Part shown: piece after piece, positions 19,296 through 29,081 of the stretch
Layout of the letters: every line of letters starts with the position of its first letter
Position numbering within the stretch: the first letter of the stretch is position 1
From: Acidimicrobiales bacterium
GTDB taxonomy: Bacteria; Actinomycetota; Acidimicrobiia; Acidimicrobiales; SZUA-35
DNA: 58,367 nucleotides
Direction of reading: 5' to 3'
NCBI GenBank assembly: GCA_024638805.1
Contig: JAHEJO010000003.1
Coordinates: forward strand, 1 to 58,367
Notes under the pieces: generated by a model
The model's database searches: none
What the model was told of the DNA's origin: nothing
Seen by the model: the letters and a program-made list of their open reading frames with translations, nothing else
Position numbers and translations under genes: made by a program

Positions 19296-20327
19296 TCACC
19301 GATGCCGCGGGTCTCGCCGATACGCCTTGCGAATCGCCTTCCATCGATCTCGTTCTTGCCGCGCGGCAACCGGGTCGGTCCGTCTCGCCTCGTAGGCCAG
19401 CTCACGTTCGAGCTTCACGAAGCTGGCGAATCGGTCCGGGTCCAGCGTGCCGTCCTCGACCGCCGCCCGCACCCCACACTCCGGCTCTTCGTCGTGCGCA
19501 CAATCGCGGAACCGACACCGCGCCGCCAGCGCCATCACGTCGGGGAACGTAGCCTCCAGTCCAAGCAGGTCTCCCGTCGGGAGCCCGAGACTTCGGAGCC
19601 CCGGTGTATCGATGATGACACCACCCGACGGGATCACGACGAGCTCCCGACTGGTGGTCGTGTGACGACCGCGCTTGTCCGCATCACGGACCGTTCCGGT
19701 CTCGAGCCTCGGCGCGCCGACCAGCGTGTTGATCAAGGTCGACTTGCCAGCGCCCGAGGGCCCGATCATCACTGCGGTCCGGTCGGGTGCGAGCCGAGCT
19801 CGGATCTCGAGGATCCCGATGCCGCCAACAACCGATGTGGTGATCACGTCGACGCCGACCATTCGGCGCTTGAGCACACCCGCCAGGTCTTCTCGGTCGA
19901 GGTCGGACTTCGTCACGACGACGAGCGGGCGCGCCCCGCTCTCCCACGCCAGAACGGTCTCCCGTTCCACGCGGGCGAAGCTCGGCCGGTCCGCCGGACA
20001 CGTAATCATCACAACATCGATGTCGGCAACAAGTACCTGCACTCGGTCGCCGTGCGGGTCGAGCCGGGTCAGGGCGGACCACCGTGGCGCGATCGATACG
20101 ATCCGCGCCGGGTCGCAATCCATGGCGACCGCTACCCAGTCCCCGGCGACCGGCTGTGGGTCACCGACAGCGAACTGCTCACCGAATGGCGTCACGATCC
20201 GGCAGGCAGAACGTTCGGGCCTCACCACGCGACCAGGCACCAGGCCGGCGGCCAACGCGTCCGCCAGAAGGGCGCGGACCCGCGAGTTCCAGCCGTAGGG
20301 CGCCAGGATCTCCGGATCGTTGGGCAT
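19296..20327 (-). CDS. rsgA: Ribosome small subunit-dependent GTPase A
   Basis: Circularly permuted GTPase motifs TKSD, GPSGAGKST, GRHTT, DTPG, plus Zn motif CRFRDCAH-x4-C. Confidence 0.96.
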   Translation of the reverse strand: MPNDPEILAPYGWNSRVRALLADALAAGLVPGRVVRPERSACRIVTPFGEQFAVGDPQPVAGDWVAVAMDCDPARIVSIAPRWSALTRLDPHGDRVQVLVADIDVVMITCPADRPSFARVERETVLAWESGARPLVVVTKSDLDREDLAGVLKRRMVGVDVITTSVVGGIGILEIRARLAPDRTAVMIGPSGAGKSTLINTLVGAPRLETGTVRDADKRGRHTTTSRELVVIPSGGVIIDTPGLRSLGLPTGDLLGLEATFPDVMALAARCRFRDCAHDEEPECGVRAAVEDGTLDPDRFASFVKLERELAYEARRTDPVAARQERDRWKAIRKAYRRDPRHR

Positions 20328-20335
20328 CGTTACAT

Positions 20336-20437
20336 TGTCCTCGCTTCTACGGTGCGGGCGATCCTTCGTCGTTCGGCTCGCTGTCGCTCGAACGAAGCTG
20401 AGGGCGCAGGGTGCTGCCCGCCAGCGGCGGTCCAGCC
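20336..20437. repeat. Copy of the intergenic repeat element between livF and rsgA
   Basis: 20366-20393 is identical over 28 nt to 1051-1078. Has a TGTCCTC end and a GTGCTGC...CAGCC module at the same 20-nt spacing. Confidence 0.85.
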
Positions 20438-20472
20438 TGACGGATGCGTCGCACCGTCGTCGTGCGTTTCGC

Positions 20473-21210
20473 TCAGTGAGCCTTCGTCAGGGTTCCGAGA
20501 TACAGCTCGATCACCTTTGGATCGGTGAGCAGGTTGCGCCCGGTGTCGGTGTAGGCGTTGGTCCCCTGGTCGAGTACGTAGCCGCGATCACAGATCTGGA
20601 GACAACGGCTGGCGTTTTGTTCGACCATCACGACGCTCACACCGGTGGTGTTGATCTGCTTCGTTCTGACGAATACCTGGTCCTGCAGCACGGGGGAGAG
20701 GCCCGCCGACGGTTCGTCCAGAAGAATCACCTGTGGATCCATCATGAGCGCTCGGCCCATGGCCAGCATCTGTCGCTCGCCGCCCGAGAGAGCTCCGGCC
20801 CGTTGCTCTCGCCGCTCCGCGAGCCGCGGAAACATCTCGGCGATGACCTCGAACCTCTCAGCGAAGCTCTGAGGGCGCAGATACGAGCCCATCTCCAGGT
20901 TCTCGTTGACCGTGAGCGACGGGAAGACGTTGTTGTTCTGCGGGACGTAGCCGATGCCGCGTTCGACGAGGGAATGCGCCTTGAGGTTCGTGATGTCCTC
21001 GCCGTCGTACCAGACCTTGCCCTCACGGATGTTCAACAGGCCAAACAGGCTCTTCAGCAACGTTGATTTGCCCGCACCGTTGGGACCGATGATGCCCACC
21101 AGCTCCCCGGGCTTGAGTTCGAGAGAACAGTCGTTGAGGATGTCGACGCCGGGGATGTAGCCGCCCGTCACGTTGTCGACGTAGATCAGGAGATCGGTGC
21201 GATCGCTCAT
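20473..21210 (-). CDS. livF: Branched-chain amino acid-type ABC transporter ATP-binding protein
   Basis: GPNGAGKST, LSGGERQMLA, LDEPSAGL, VEQN. ATG 21210 overlaps the livG stop. Confidence 0.9.
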   Translation of the reverse strand: MSDRTDLLIYVDNVTGGYIPGVDILNDCSLELKPGELVGIIGPNGAGKSTLLKSLFGLLNIREGKVWYDGEDITNLKAHSLVERGIGYVPQNNNVFPSLTVNENLEMGSYLRPQSFAERFEVIAEMFPRLAERREQRAGALSGGERQMLAMGRALMMDPQVILLDEPSAGLSPVLQDQVFVRTKQINTTGVSVVMVEQNASRCLQICDRGYVLDQGTNAYTDTGRNLLTDPKVIELYLGTLTKAH

Positions 21211-22136
21211 GTGTCTGTCCCCTCGGCGCTGTCGGCGCCAGCGGCCGCCTCGGCGGCCATCTTGGCGGTCGTTTCGTCGTCGAAGGTGAGAGCGCTGTCG
21301 TGGTGGGTGCCGAGGTAGGCGTCCACGACCGCCTGGTTCTCGCCGATCGCAGAATGAGGTCCCTCGGCGATGATCATGCCTTCGGCCATGACGACGACCC
21401 AGTCGCTGATGTCCCGGACCACGTCCATGTCGTGTTCGACGAAAATCACCGTCCGACCCTCGTCCCGCAGGGACTTGACGTGTCCGAGGAGCGACTGGGT
21501 CAGCGCCGGATTCACGCCCGCCATCGGCTCGTCGAGCATGATCAGTTTCGGGTCGGTCATGAGCGCGCGAGCCATCTCGAGAAGCTTGCGTTGGCCGCCC
21601 GAGAGCGTCCCGGCGAACTCGTCGCTCATGTGACTCAACTTGAAACGATCGAGCAGCGCGATGGCCCGCTCCTCGATCTCGTCTTCCTGCTGCCGCCACA
21701 GCGGATGAACCAAAGCCCTGAAGAAGTTCTCTCCGCTCTGGTTGGGGGCTCCCAGCTTCATGTTGTCCATCACGGTGATCTTCGACAGGGCCTTGGTCAG
21801 CTGGAAGGTCCTGACCATCCCCTGTCGGGCGACCTTGTGAGGCGGCAACGTCCCCATTTCCCTGCCCTCGAAGGTCCAGGTCCCGTCGTCGGGAAGGTCG
21901 AATCCGGTGATCAGGTTGAAGAACGTCGTCTTGCCGGCACCATTCGGCCCGATGAGTGCGGTGATCAGACCCCGCTGAACCTCCAGGTGCTCGACCTCCA
22001 CCGCGATGAGGCCACCGAACCTGCGAGTGATCCCCGTGGCGGTCAGCACCGGATCCGGTTTGGCCGCACCGGGCTGCTGGGCCACGGAGTCGAGGACCGA
22101 CGGGTCGACTGCTTTGAGTTCGCTGAATCGTGACAT
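21207..22136 (-). CDS. livG: Branched-chain amino acid-type ABC transporter ATP-binding protein
   Basis: GPNGAGKTT, RTFQ, LSGGQRKLLE, DEPMAG, EHDM, AYLG. Confidence 0.9.
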   Translation of the reverse strand: MSRFSELKAVDPSVLDSVAQQPGAAKPDPVLTATGITRRFGGLIAVEVEHLEVQRGLITALIGPNGAGKTTFFNLITGFDLPDDGTWTFEGREMGTLPPHKVARQGMVRTFQLTKALSKITVMDNMKLGAPNQSGENFFRALVHPLWRQQEDEIEERAIALLDRFKLSHMSDEFAGTLSGGQRKLLEMARALMTDPKLIMLDEPMAGVNPALTQSLLGHVKSLRDEGRTVIFVEHDMDVVRDISDWVVVMAEGMIIAEGPHSAIGENQAVVDAYLGTHHDSALTFDDETTAKMAAEAAAGADSAEGTDT

Positions 22137-22139
22137 CGT

Positions 22140-23141
22140 CTAGTTGGCGTCGAGCGCCAGCTCCCTCTTGTCGCCGAAGATTCCCTGCGGTCGGTAGATC
22201 ATCAAGACCATGAGGCCGAGACCCAGCAGGATGAATCGCATCTGGCCGACCTGCACACCATCGATTATCGACTTGGGCACATAGTCCGCCGCTACCGCCT
22301 GGCGCAGGGCCGAATCGGTGAAAGCGAGCAGCCCGGAGAAGATGACCGAACCGATGACTGGACCCCACAGCTTTCCGGTCCCGCCCAGGATCATCGCCAC
22401 CCAGATGAAGAAGGTCTTGGGTGTGCCGAAGTCCTGGGGCGTCGGTTGGACCGAACCCTGGGCCAGGACGAAGAAGATGCCGCCCAGAGCACCGAACAAT
22501 CCGCCCAGCACCAGGCTCTGCATCTTGACGCTGTAGGCGTTCTTGCCGAGTGCCCGGGCGGCGTCCTCGTCCTCCCGTACGGCCTTGAGAACTCGGCCCC
22601 ACGGCGAATGGATCAGGAGGTAGGTGAAACCGACCCCGAGCAGGACGGTGATCCATCCGAGGAACAACACCCATGACTGGCGACTGGAGAACGAGATGAA
22701 TCCGAGATCGATGCCTCCGTCGAGGAAGCCTGGGCGGGCATCCTGAAAGCCTGCGGTGAAACCGTTGATTCCGTTGGAGCCGCCGGTGAACCCCCGCAAC
22801 GACGTGGCCCTCACGACGATCCGCAGGATCTCGGCCGCGGCGATCGTGACGATGGCCAGATAGTCAGCCCGCAGTCGCAGCGTCGGTATGCCCAGGAGTA
22901 GGGCGAAGATCCCAGATGCGATCAACCCGACGACGATGCCGATGAGCCAGTGGAGATCGTATTCGACGATCGAGATGGCAAGCCCGTAGGCGCCACAGAT
23001 CATGAACCCCGCCTGGCCGAAGTTCAACAGTCCGGTGTAGCCGAAGTGGATGTTCAGTCCGATGGCCGCCAGAGCGAAGTACATCGCCTGGGTGCCCAGT
23101 GCCGACTCGATTGCGAAGCTGAAGATCTGTCCCCAGTCCAT
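22140..23141 (-). CDS. livM: Branched-chain amino acid-type ABC permease
   Basis: GYTGLLNFGQ, LRLRADYLAIVT, SPWGRVLKAVREDE, RPQGIFG. Confidence 0.9.
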   Translation of the reverse strand: MDWGQIFSFAIESALGTQAMYFALAAIGLNIHFGYTGLLNFGQAGFMICGAYGLAISIVEYDLHWLIGIVVGLIASGIFALLLGIPTLRLRADYLAIVTIAAAEILRIVVRATSLRGFTGGSNGINGFTAGFQDARPGFLDGGIDLGFISFSSRQSWVLFLGWITVLLGVGFTYLLIHSPWGRVLKAVREDEDAARALGKNAYSVKMQSLVLGGLFGALGGIFFVLAQGSVQPTPQDFGTPKTFFIWVAMILGGTGKLWGPVIGSVIFSGLLAFTDSALRQAVAADYVPKSIIDGVQVGQMRFILLGLGLMVLMIYRPQGIFGDKRELALDAN

Positions 23142-23144
23142 GGC

Positions 23145-24461
23145 CTATCCGATCCGATCTCTGCGGCCGAGGATGCCCTGTGGTCTCACGAGGAGGATCA
23201 CCACGAGCACCAGTAGAGCCCCGATGTTCTTCAGTTCGGTCGGGAGACCCGTCCCACCGATCTGGATCGTCGACACGTTGACGAGAAGGCCGACGATGAT
23301 GCTGCCGAGCAGAGGCCCGAAGGCGGTACCGAGCCCGCCGAGGGTCACCGCCGCGAACATCAGCAGCAGCAGCTCGAAACCCATGTCCCACACCGCCCCC
23401 TGGTCGAGACCGAACAGTACCCCACCGAGGCCGGCCAGCCCGGCGCCGCCGATCCAGACGGTCTGGATGACTTTCTGCACATCGATCCCGGACGACTCGG
23501 CCAGGTCACGGTTGTCCGCCACGGCTCGCATCGCTTTGCCCGTGCGGGTCTTCATCACCGCCAAAGCGACGAGGACCAGCGACAGGAGGGCGATTCCCAT
23601 GACGAACAGATCCCGGGGAACGAACAGGAGCGGACCCCACTCGATGGCCTTCTGCGGGGTGAACTGGTTGTAGAAGAACTGATTCCCGCCCGCGAAATAC
23701 AGCATGACGTACCGCAGCAGGATGCTCAGGCCGATACTGATCACGAGCATGGCGATGAGACCAGTGCTTCTGTTGCGCAGAGGGCGCCACACCACTCGTT
23801 CGTTCATCAGTCCGAATATGCCGGTCAAGAAGACGGCGATGGCAGCGGCCGGGATGACATTCATCCAGCCGTTGAACCAGAGCGTCATCAACGCCCCGAA
23901 CGTCACCAGCTCGCCGTGGGCGAAGTTGACCAGGCCCGTCGTGCCGAAGATCAGGCTCAGGCCGATCGAACACATGGCGATGATCAGCCCGAACTTGAGA
24001 CCGTCGAAGGACAACCGAATCAGGTTGGTGAAGAACGCCGATCCGCCGCCACCGCCTCCTTCGCCCTGCTCGAGCGCGAAGATCGCACCGCGCGATTCGC
24101 CAGCCCTCAGTTCGATCTCGCGGCTGTTGTCGCCTTCGTTGCGGAGCCGAACACCCTCGGGGAGCGTCGACTCATCGATCTGGGCCGAGTAGGTTCCCGG
24201 GCCGGGAGCGATCAGCGCAACCGACCCGTCCTCGCCGAGCTCTCCGGACGCAACCACCTCACCGTTCTCGTCGACCAGCGACACCGCAGTGCCCGTAGCC
24301 GGGACGCGTTCTCCGGTCTCTTCGTCGACGTAATTGGCTCGTATCACCACCTCCTCGCCGCCCTGGCCGCTGGCCACCGAGCTGAACCCGAAAATGATGG
24401 CGAGCATGACTGCGCCCGAGCCGATGACCCGGAGCACGGAGGTGGGTGAGAGTGGCGACAC
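23145..24461 (-). CDS. livH: Branched-chain amino acid-type ABC permease with N-terminal extracytoplasmic beta domain
   Basis: GLSLIFGTTGLVNFAHGE, TRTGKAMRA, RPQGILG. Start GTG 24461 (TATACT 9 nt upstream) precedes a signal-peptide-like segment. Confidence 0.88.
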   Translation of the reverse strand: MSPLSPTSVLRVIGSGAVMLAIIFGFSSVASGQGGEEVVIRANYVDEETGERVPATGTAVSLVDENGEVVASGELGEDGSVALIAPGPGTYSAQIDESTLPEGVRLRNEGDNSREIELRAGESRGAIFALEQGEGGGGGGSAFFTNLIRLSFDGLKFGLIIAMCSIGLSLIFGTTGLVNFAHGELVTFGALMTLWFNGWMNVIPAAAIAVFLTGIFGLMNERVVWRPLRNRSTGLIAMLVISIGLSILLRYVMLYFAGGNQFFYNQFTPQKAIEWGPLLFVPRDLFVMGIALLSLVLVALAVMKTRTGKAMRAVADNRDLAESSGIDVQKVIQTVWIGGAGLAGLGGVLFGLDQGAVWDMGFELLLLMFAAVTLGGLGTAFGPLLGSIIVGLLVNVSTIQIGGTGLPTELKNIGALLVLVVILLVRPQGILGRRDRIG

Positions 24462-24550
24462 AGCGACCGGAGTATACGTCGTGAAATTCGTCACGGCCTG
24501 CAAATGGCTGTTCCTCCGCCAACGCCGGGGACAATTCATAGGCTTGCAAC

Positions 24551-26140
24551 ATGTCGGTCGTCGATCTCGCATTGCCATGGCGCAATACCTTCACAGCCGA
24601 ACTCCCGGCCGACCCGGTTGAGGAGAATGGTCTGCGACAGGTCGAGGGTGCCGCATTCAGCCGCGTCAAGCCCACCCCAGTCCGGTCGCCACAACTCGTC
24701 GCTCACTCGCCCGAGGTCGCCGAACTGCTCGGCCTGAGTCCAACACAGATGACGGAGCCGGCGATGGTCGAGGCGCTGGCCGGCAACCGTGTCCTGCCGG
24801 GAATGGATCCACATGCCATGAACTACGGCGGCCACCAGTTCGGTCACTGGGCAGGTCAACTCGGCGACGGCCGGGCGATTGCGCTGGGCGAGCTGATGAC
24901 AACTTCGGGGATATCGCAGACCCTTCAGCTCAAAGGGGCGGGATCGACCCCGTACAGCCGACGGGCCGACGGACGGGCGGTTCTGAGGTCGAGCATCCGC
25001 GAATACCTGTGCAGCGAAGCCATGCATGCTCTCGGCGTCCCGACCACTCGAGCACTGAGTCTTGTCGAGACCGGTGAGCAAGTGATACGTGACATGTTCT
25101 ACGACGGGCATCCAGAACCCGAGCCCGGCGCCATCGTCTGCCGGGTCGCACCGTCGTTCATTCGTCTCGGTAACTTCGAGCTTCCGGCCTCCCGAGGTGA
25201 GCTGGAGGTCCTCCAGCGGCTGGCCGACTACACGATCAGGCACCACTTCGGTCATCTGCAATCAGCGGAGTCACCGAACCGTGACACCTACGTCGAGTTC
25301 TTCGACCAGGTGTGTCAGACCACGGCCTCGCTGATGGTGGAGTGGATGCGGGTCGGCTTCGTTCACGGCGTGATGAACACCGACAACCTGTCGGTCCACG
25401 GGATCACCATCGACTACGGGCCATACGGCTGGTTGGAGGACTTCGATCCAGGCTGGACCCCCAACACCACCGACGCACACATGAAGCGCTACCAGTACGG
25501 CAATCAGCCGGGCATCGGCCAGTGGAACCTCGTCCGGTTCGCGAATGCCCTGTATCCGCTCATCGACGACGCCGTTCCGCTGCAGGAAGCGCTCGATCGC
25601 TATGTCGAGGTGTTCACGACTGGACACCGCGAGTCATGGGGCCGAAAGCTCGGTTTGGGCTATGTCAGCGTCGACGATGACGGTCTCATCCAGGAACTGG
25701 CCGATGTACTACAAGCCGCCGAGACCGACATGACGATCTTCTGTCGTCGTCTCGCCCAGGTGGATCTCGACACCCTGCCGGACTCGGCGATCCCCAGCGA
25801 GTTGTTGGATGCGTACTACCGCACCGACGAGCTGTCTCCGGAGCCGGTGGCGCGTGTAACGGCATGGTTGAGGCGCTACGCGGCACGGGTCGCCGACGCT
25901 CGTCCTCAGCACCGCCGAGATCTGATGAACTCGGCCAACCCCAAATACGTCCTGCGAAACTACATCGCCCAAGTGGTGATCGACGCCGCCACCGAGGGCG
26001 ACTACTCGGTTCTCGAGGAGGTGCACGACGTCTTGCGGCGACCCTATGATGAGCAACCCGACCGCCAGCGGTGGGCGGAGAAGCGGCCGGAATGGGCCCG
26101 AAGCAGGCCGGGTTGCTCGATGCTCAGCTGCAGTTCGTAG
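24551..26140 (+). CDS. selO: Protein adenylyltransferase SelO/YdiU (Cys form)
   Basis: YGGHQFG, GQLGDGRA, QLKGAG, ADGRAVLRSSIRE, HGVMNTDN, IDYGP, C-terminal CSMLSCSS. Confidence 0.96.
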   Translation: MSVVDLALPWRNTFTAELPADPVEENGLRQVEGAAFSRVKPTPVRSPQLVAHSPEVAELLGLSPTQMTEPAMVEALAGNRVLPGMDPHAMNYGGHQFGHWAGQLGDGRAIALGELMTTSGISQTLQLKGAGSTPYSRRADGRAVLRSSIREYLCSEAMHALGVPTTRALSLVETGEQVIRDMFYDGHPEPEPGAIVCRVAPSFIRLGNFELPASRGELEVLQRLADYTIRHHFGHLQSAESPNRDTYVEFFDQVCQTTASLMVEWMRVGFVHGVMNTDNLSVHGITIDYGPYGWLEDFDPGWTPNTTDAHMKRYQYGNQPGIGQWNLVRFANALYPLIDDAVPLQEALDRYVEVFTTGHRESWGRKLGLGYVSVDDDGLIQELADVLQAAETDMTIFCRRLAQVDLDTLPDSAIPSELLDAYYRTDELSPEPVARVTAWLRRYAARVADARPQHRRDLMNSANPKYVLRNYIAQVVIDAATEGDYSVLEEVHDVLRRPYDEQPDRQRWAEKRPEWARSRPGCSMLSCSS

Positions 26141-26158
26141 CACGAGGCAGCACCATCG

Positions 26159-26680
26159 TCATCTTCGGTGACAGTTCTTGAGTTTCTTGCCGGATCCGCA
26201 GTGGCACGGATCGTTGCGTCCGAGCTTGGGCGGAGCGCCGAGCTGGTCGCTGACCGACGTCCGAACGGTGGCGGCGCGAATCGGGCCGATGTGACCCTCG
26301 AGGACTGCGCTGACCCACTCCGGTGAACCGGCCTGGGTCGCCTCGACGTCGACATCTGCGGATGGAACGAGGAAGACCGCAGCGCTGTTGGTCGCACGGA
26401 CCTGGTTCTTCCACGCATCGGACAGCGAAGGCAGGTCCGCTCTGAGCACTCCTTCCCCCAGCGGATCGAGCAAGACCACATCGTTGGCACGAACCTCGCA
26501 GACCCAGCCGAGCGCGTGACCCAATTGGCTGTCCGCGATGCGCGATGCACTCGAGGTCGGCCAGTCACCGGGATCTGCATCGGCGATGAACAAGAGTGCA
26601 GCGTGCGGGGACACCAGCGACCGGACGAATGCGCCACACACCGCCGGCCGTCCACTCCCTGCCGGCCGGATGTTCCGCAT
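26159..26680 (-). CDS. SEC-C metal-binding motif protein
   Basis: C-terminal KLGRNDPCHCGSGKKLKNCH. Confidence 0.85.
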   Translation of the reverse strand: MRNIRPAGSGRPAVCGAFVRSLVSPHAALLFIADADPGDWPTSSASRIADSQLGHALGWVCEVRANDVVLLDPLGEGVLRADLPSLSDAWKNQVRATNSAAVFLVPSADVDVEATQAGSPEWVSAVLEGHIGPIRAATVRTSVSDQLGAPPKLGRNDPCHCGSGKKLKNCHRR

Positions 26681-26690
26681 CGGTGGGATG

Positions 26691-29081
26691 TTAGTGCGGG
26701 TCCGCGGTGTAGATCGTCGGCGCGTCCTTGGTGCACAGCCGTGACACGTCTCCCACGGTCACCTGGACCGCCTCGCCGTCGACGGTGACGCTGAGCGCAT
26801 CGTGGCTGAGCACGATCGACAGATGCGCGCCACGGCGGAACAACGAGAAGCTGAGCTCTTCCCACTCGGCGGGCAGCCGGGGCGAGAACTGAATCTCGTT
26901 GGCTGAGTTCTCAGCACCCCGATCGTAGAAACCGCCGAACCCGTAGACAGCGCAGGCCCACGCTCCGCCGGCGTTGGCGATGTGGACGCCATCGGAGGAA
27001 TTCCGGTGGGTGTCGGCGAGATCGAGGAACAGCGAGGACCGGAAGTACTCGAGGGCCAGATCGGGATGTCCAACCTCGGCCGCCATGATCGATTGCACAC
27101 AGGCGGACAGGGAGCTGTCCCCCGTTGTGATCGGGTCGTAGTAGTTGAAGTTCCTTCGCTTCTGCTCCAGCGAGAACTGGCTGTTTCGCAAGAAGTTGGC
27201 CAGGACGACGTCGGCCTGTTTCAGAACCTGAAACCGGTAGATGACCAGCGGATGGAAGTGCAGCAGAAGCGGGTACTTGTCGTCGGGAGTCCGCTCGAAG
27301 TCCCACGGCTCGAGATCGAGGAACGCATCGTCCTGGGGGTTGATACCGAGCTCCTCGTCGAGGGGGATGAACATGGCGTCGGCCGCTCGATCGAAGAACT
27401 CGAGTTCGGCCTCGGTGATCCCGGTGTTGCGCTCGAGCGCTTCGTAGGCCACCGGTAGTTGGTTCTTGATCGTCCGACACACACTGGCGGCGAAGCGGAG
27501 ATTGAAGCGAGCCATGATGTTCGTAAACGTGTTGTCGTTCTTCACCGTGGTGTACTCGTCGGGTCCGGTGACGCCGTGGATGTGGAACGACCTGTCGCCG
27601 TTGGTCGAGTAGAAGCCGAGGTCCTCCCACATTCGTGCCGTTTCGATGAGTATCTCGGCGCCCTCTTGGGCCATGAAGTCCCGGTCGTTGGTGGCGTCGA
27701 TGTACCGCTTCACGGCAAACGCGACGGCGGCGTTGATGTGGTACTGCGCCGTCCCCGCCGCATAGTAGGCGCTCGCCTCTTCGCCGTTGATCGTCCGCCA
27801 CGGAAACAGCGCTCCGGACAGGCTGAGCATCCGTGCCCGCTTGCGGGCCGAGTCGAGCATCTGCCAGCGGAATCGAAGAAGCTTGCGCGCCGTTTCGGGT
27901 TGGGTGTAGGCCAGGAAGGGCACGACGTACACCTCGGTGTCCCAGAAGTAGTGCCCGTCGTAGCCGTCCGCAGTCACGCCCTTGGCGGCGATGCCTTGCT
28001 CCTGGGTGCGGGCGGATGCCTGAGCGAGATGGAACAGATTCCATCGCATCGCCTGCTGGGCGGGATCGTCGCCGACGATCGTCACATCGCTGTATTTCCA
28101 GTAGTTGTCGAGCCATTCCGCCTGCTCGAGCCCGAGCGCTTTCACGCCGGTTCTGGCCGCTCGGAGCATCGTGCGTTGGCAACGATCGGCCAGCTCGGGC
28201 GCAGGAACCCCCGTGGACGCGTGGTAGCTGACCAGTTTCTCGATTCGGATCGGTCTGCCGGGCTCCCCTTCGATCGTGAACACCGTCTTCGCCTGGTCAT
28301 CTGAAACGGTTGTCTCGACGGAGCTTTCGCACTCGGTTTCGAAAAGGTGGCGATAGCCGGCGGCGATCGTCATACCGCTGTTGGAGCACCGATAGCCGAG
28401 AACGACGTCATCACCGTCGTGGCGTTGCACTTTGGGCTCGAGAACGCGGTGATCGAACTTGCGGGCCCGGCGCGGATCCTGGCCTTCCCCCAGTGCGGCT
28501 GATTTGACGTGGTATTCGTCCTCGCCGTCTTGGCGATTGAGAAGCTGCGAGGAGATCACGATCGGGGCCGAATCGTCGAGAAGGGTGACCTCGAACGACA
28601 GGACGGCGAGATGGCGGTGCTCGAACGACACCATTCGTTCGCTGCTCACCTTGACCCGCTTACCCGCCGGGGTGCGCCAGATCAGATCACGAACCAGCTT
28701 TCCTGTCCGGAAATCGAGAACCCGTTCGTAGAACTGCAGATCGGCATCGGCCAGCAGGAGCGGTTCGTCGTCGACGTACAGCTTGATGAGCTTGGCGTCC
28801 GGGACGTTGACGATCGTCTGGCCCACCTCGGCAAACCCGTAGGCCGACTCGGCATGGGTGATGCGCCACGTCTCGTGGAAGCCGTTGAGGAAGGTGCCGT
28901 GAGAGAACGCTTCCCGGCCTTCTTCGGCATTGGCCCTCATGCCGATGAAACCGTTGCCGAGCGCAAAAAGCGTCTCGGTGAGACCGAGGTCCTGGGTGGA
29001 GTACTCGGATTCGACCAGCCGCCACGGTTCGGTCGGGAACCGATGCTGGGGCAGCGATGCCGGTGCCTGCTTGGCCTTCAT
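26691..29081 (-). CDS. Glycoside hydrolase family 65 (trehalose/maltose phosphorylase-like)
   Basis: ETLFALGNG, GYDGHYFWDTE, FPWRTI, GPDEY, KQADV, DSSLS. Confidence 0.95.
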   Translation of the reverse strand: MKAKQAPASLPQHRFPTEPWRLVESEYSTQDLGLTETLFALGNGFIGMRANAEEGREAFSHGTFLNGFHETWRITHAESAYGFAEVGQTIVNVPDAKLIKLYVDDEPLLLADADLQFYERVLDFRTGKLVRDLIWRTPAGKRVKVSSERMVSFEHRHLAVLSFEVTLLDDSAPIVISSQLLNRQDGEDEYHVKSAALGEGQDPRRARKFDHRVLEPKVQRHDGDDVVLGYRCSNSGMTIAAGYRHLFETECESSVETTVSDDQAKTVFTIEGEPGRPIRIEKLVSYHASTGVPAPELADRCQRTMLRAARTGVKALGLEQAEWLDNYWKYSDVTIVGDDPAQQAMRWNLFHLAQASARTQEQGIAAKGVTADGYDGHYFWDTEVYVVPFLAYTQPETARKLLRFRWQMLDSARKRARMLSLSGALFPWRTINGEEASAYYAAGTAQYHINAAVAFAVKRYIDATNDRDFMAQEGAEILIETARMWEDLGFYSTNGDRSFHIHGVTGPDEYTTVKNDNTFTNIMARFNLRFAASVCRTIKNQLPVAYEALERNTGITEAELEFFDRAADAMFIPLDEELGINPQDDAFLDLEPWDFERTPDDKYPLLLHFHPLVIYRFQVLKQADVVLANFLRNSQFSLEQKRRNFNYYDPITTGDSSLSACVQSIMAAEVGHPDLALEYFRSSLFLDLADTHRNSSDGVHIANAGGAWACAVYGFGGFYDRGAENSANEIQFSPRLPAEWEELSFSLFRRGAHLSIVLSHDALSVTVDGEAVQVTVGDVSRLCTKDAPTIYTADPH

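Noticed and set aside
26113-26140. SelO as a second selenoprotein
   Set aside because: The C-terminal motif uses TGC Cys codons and ends in TAG; there is no in-frame UGA.
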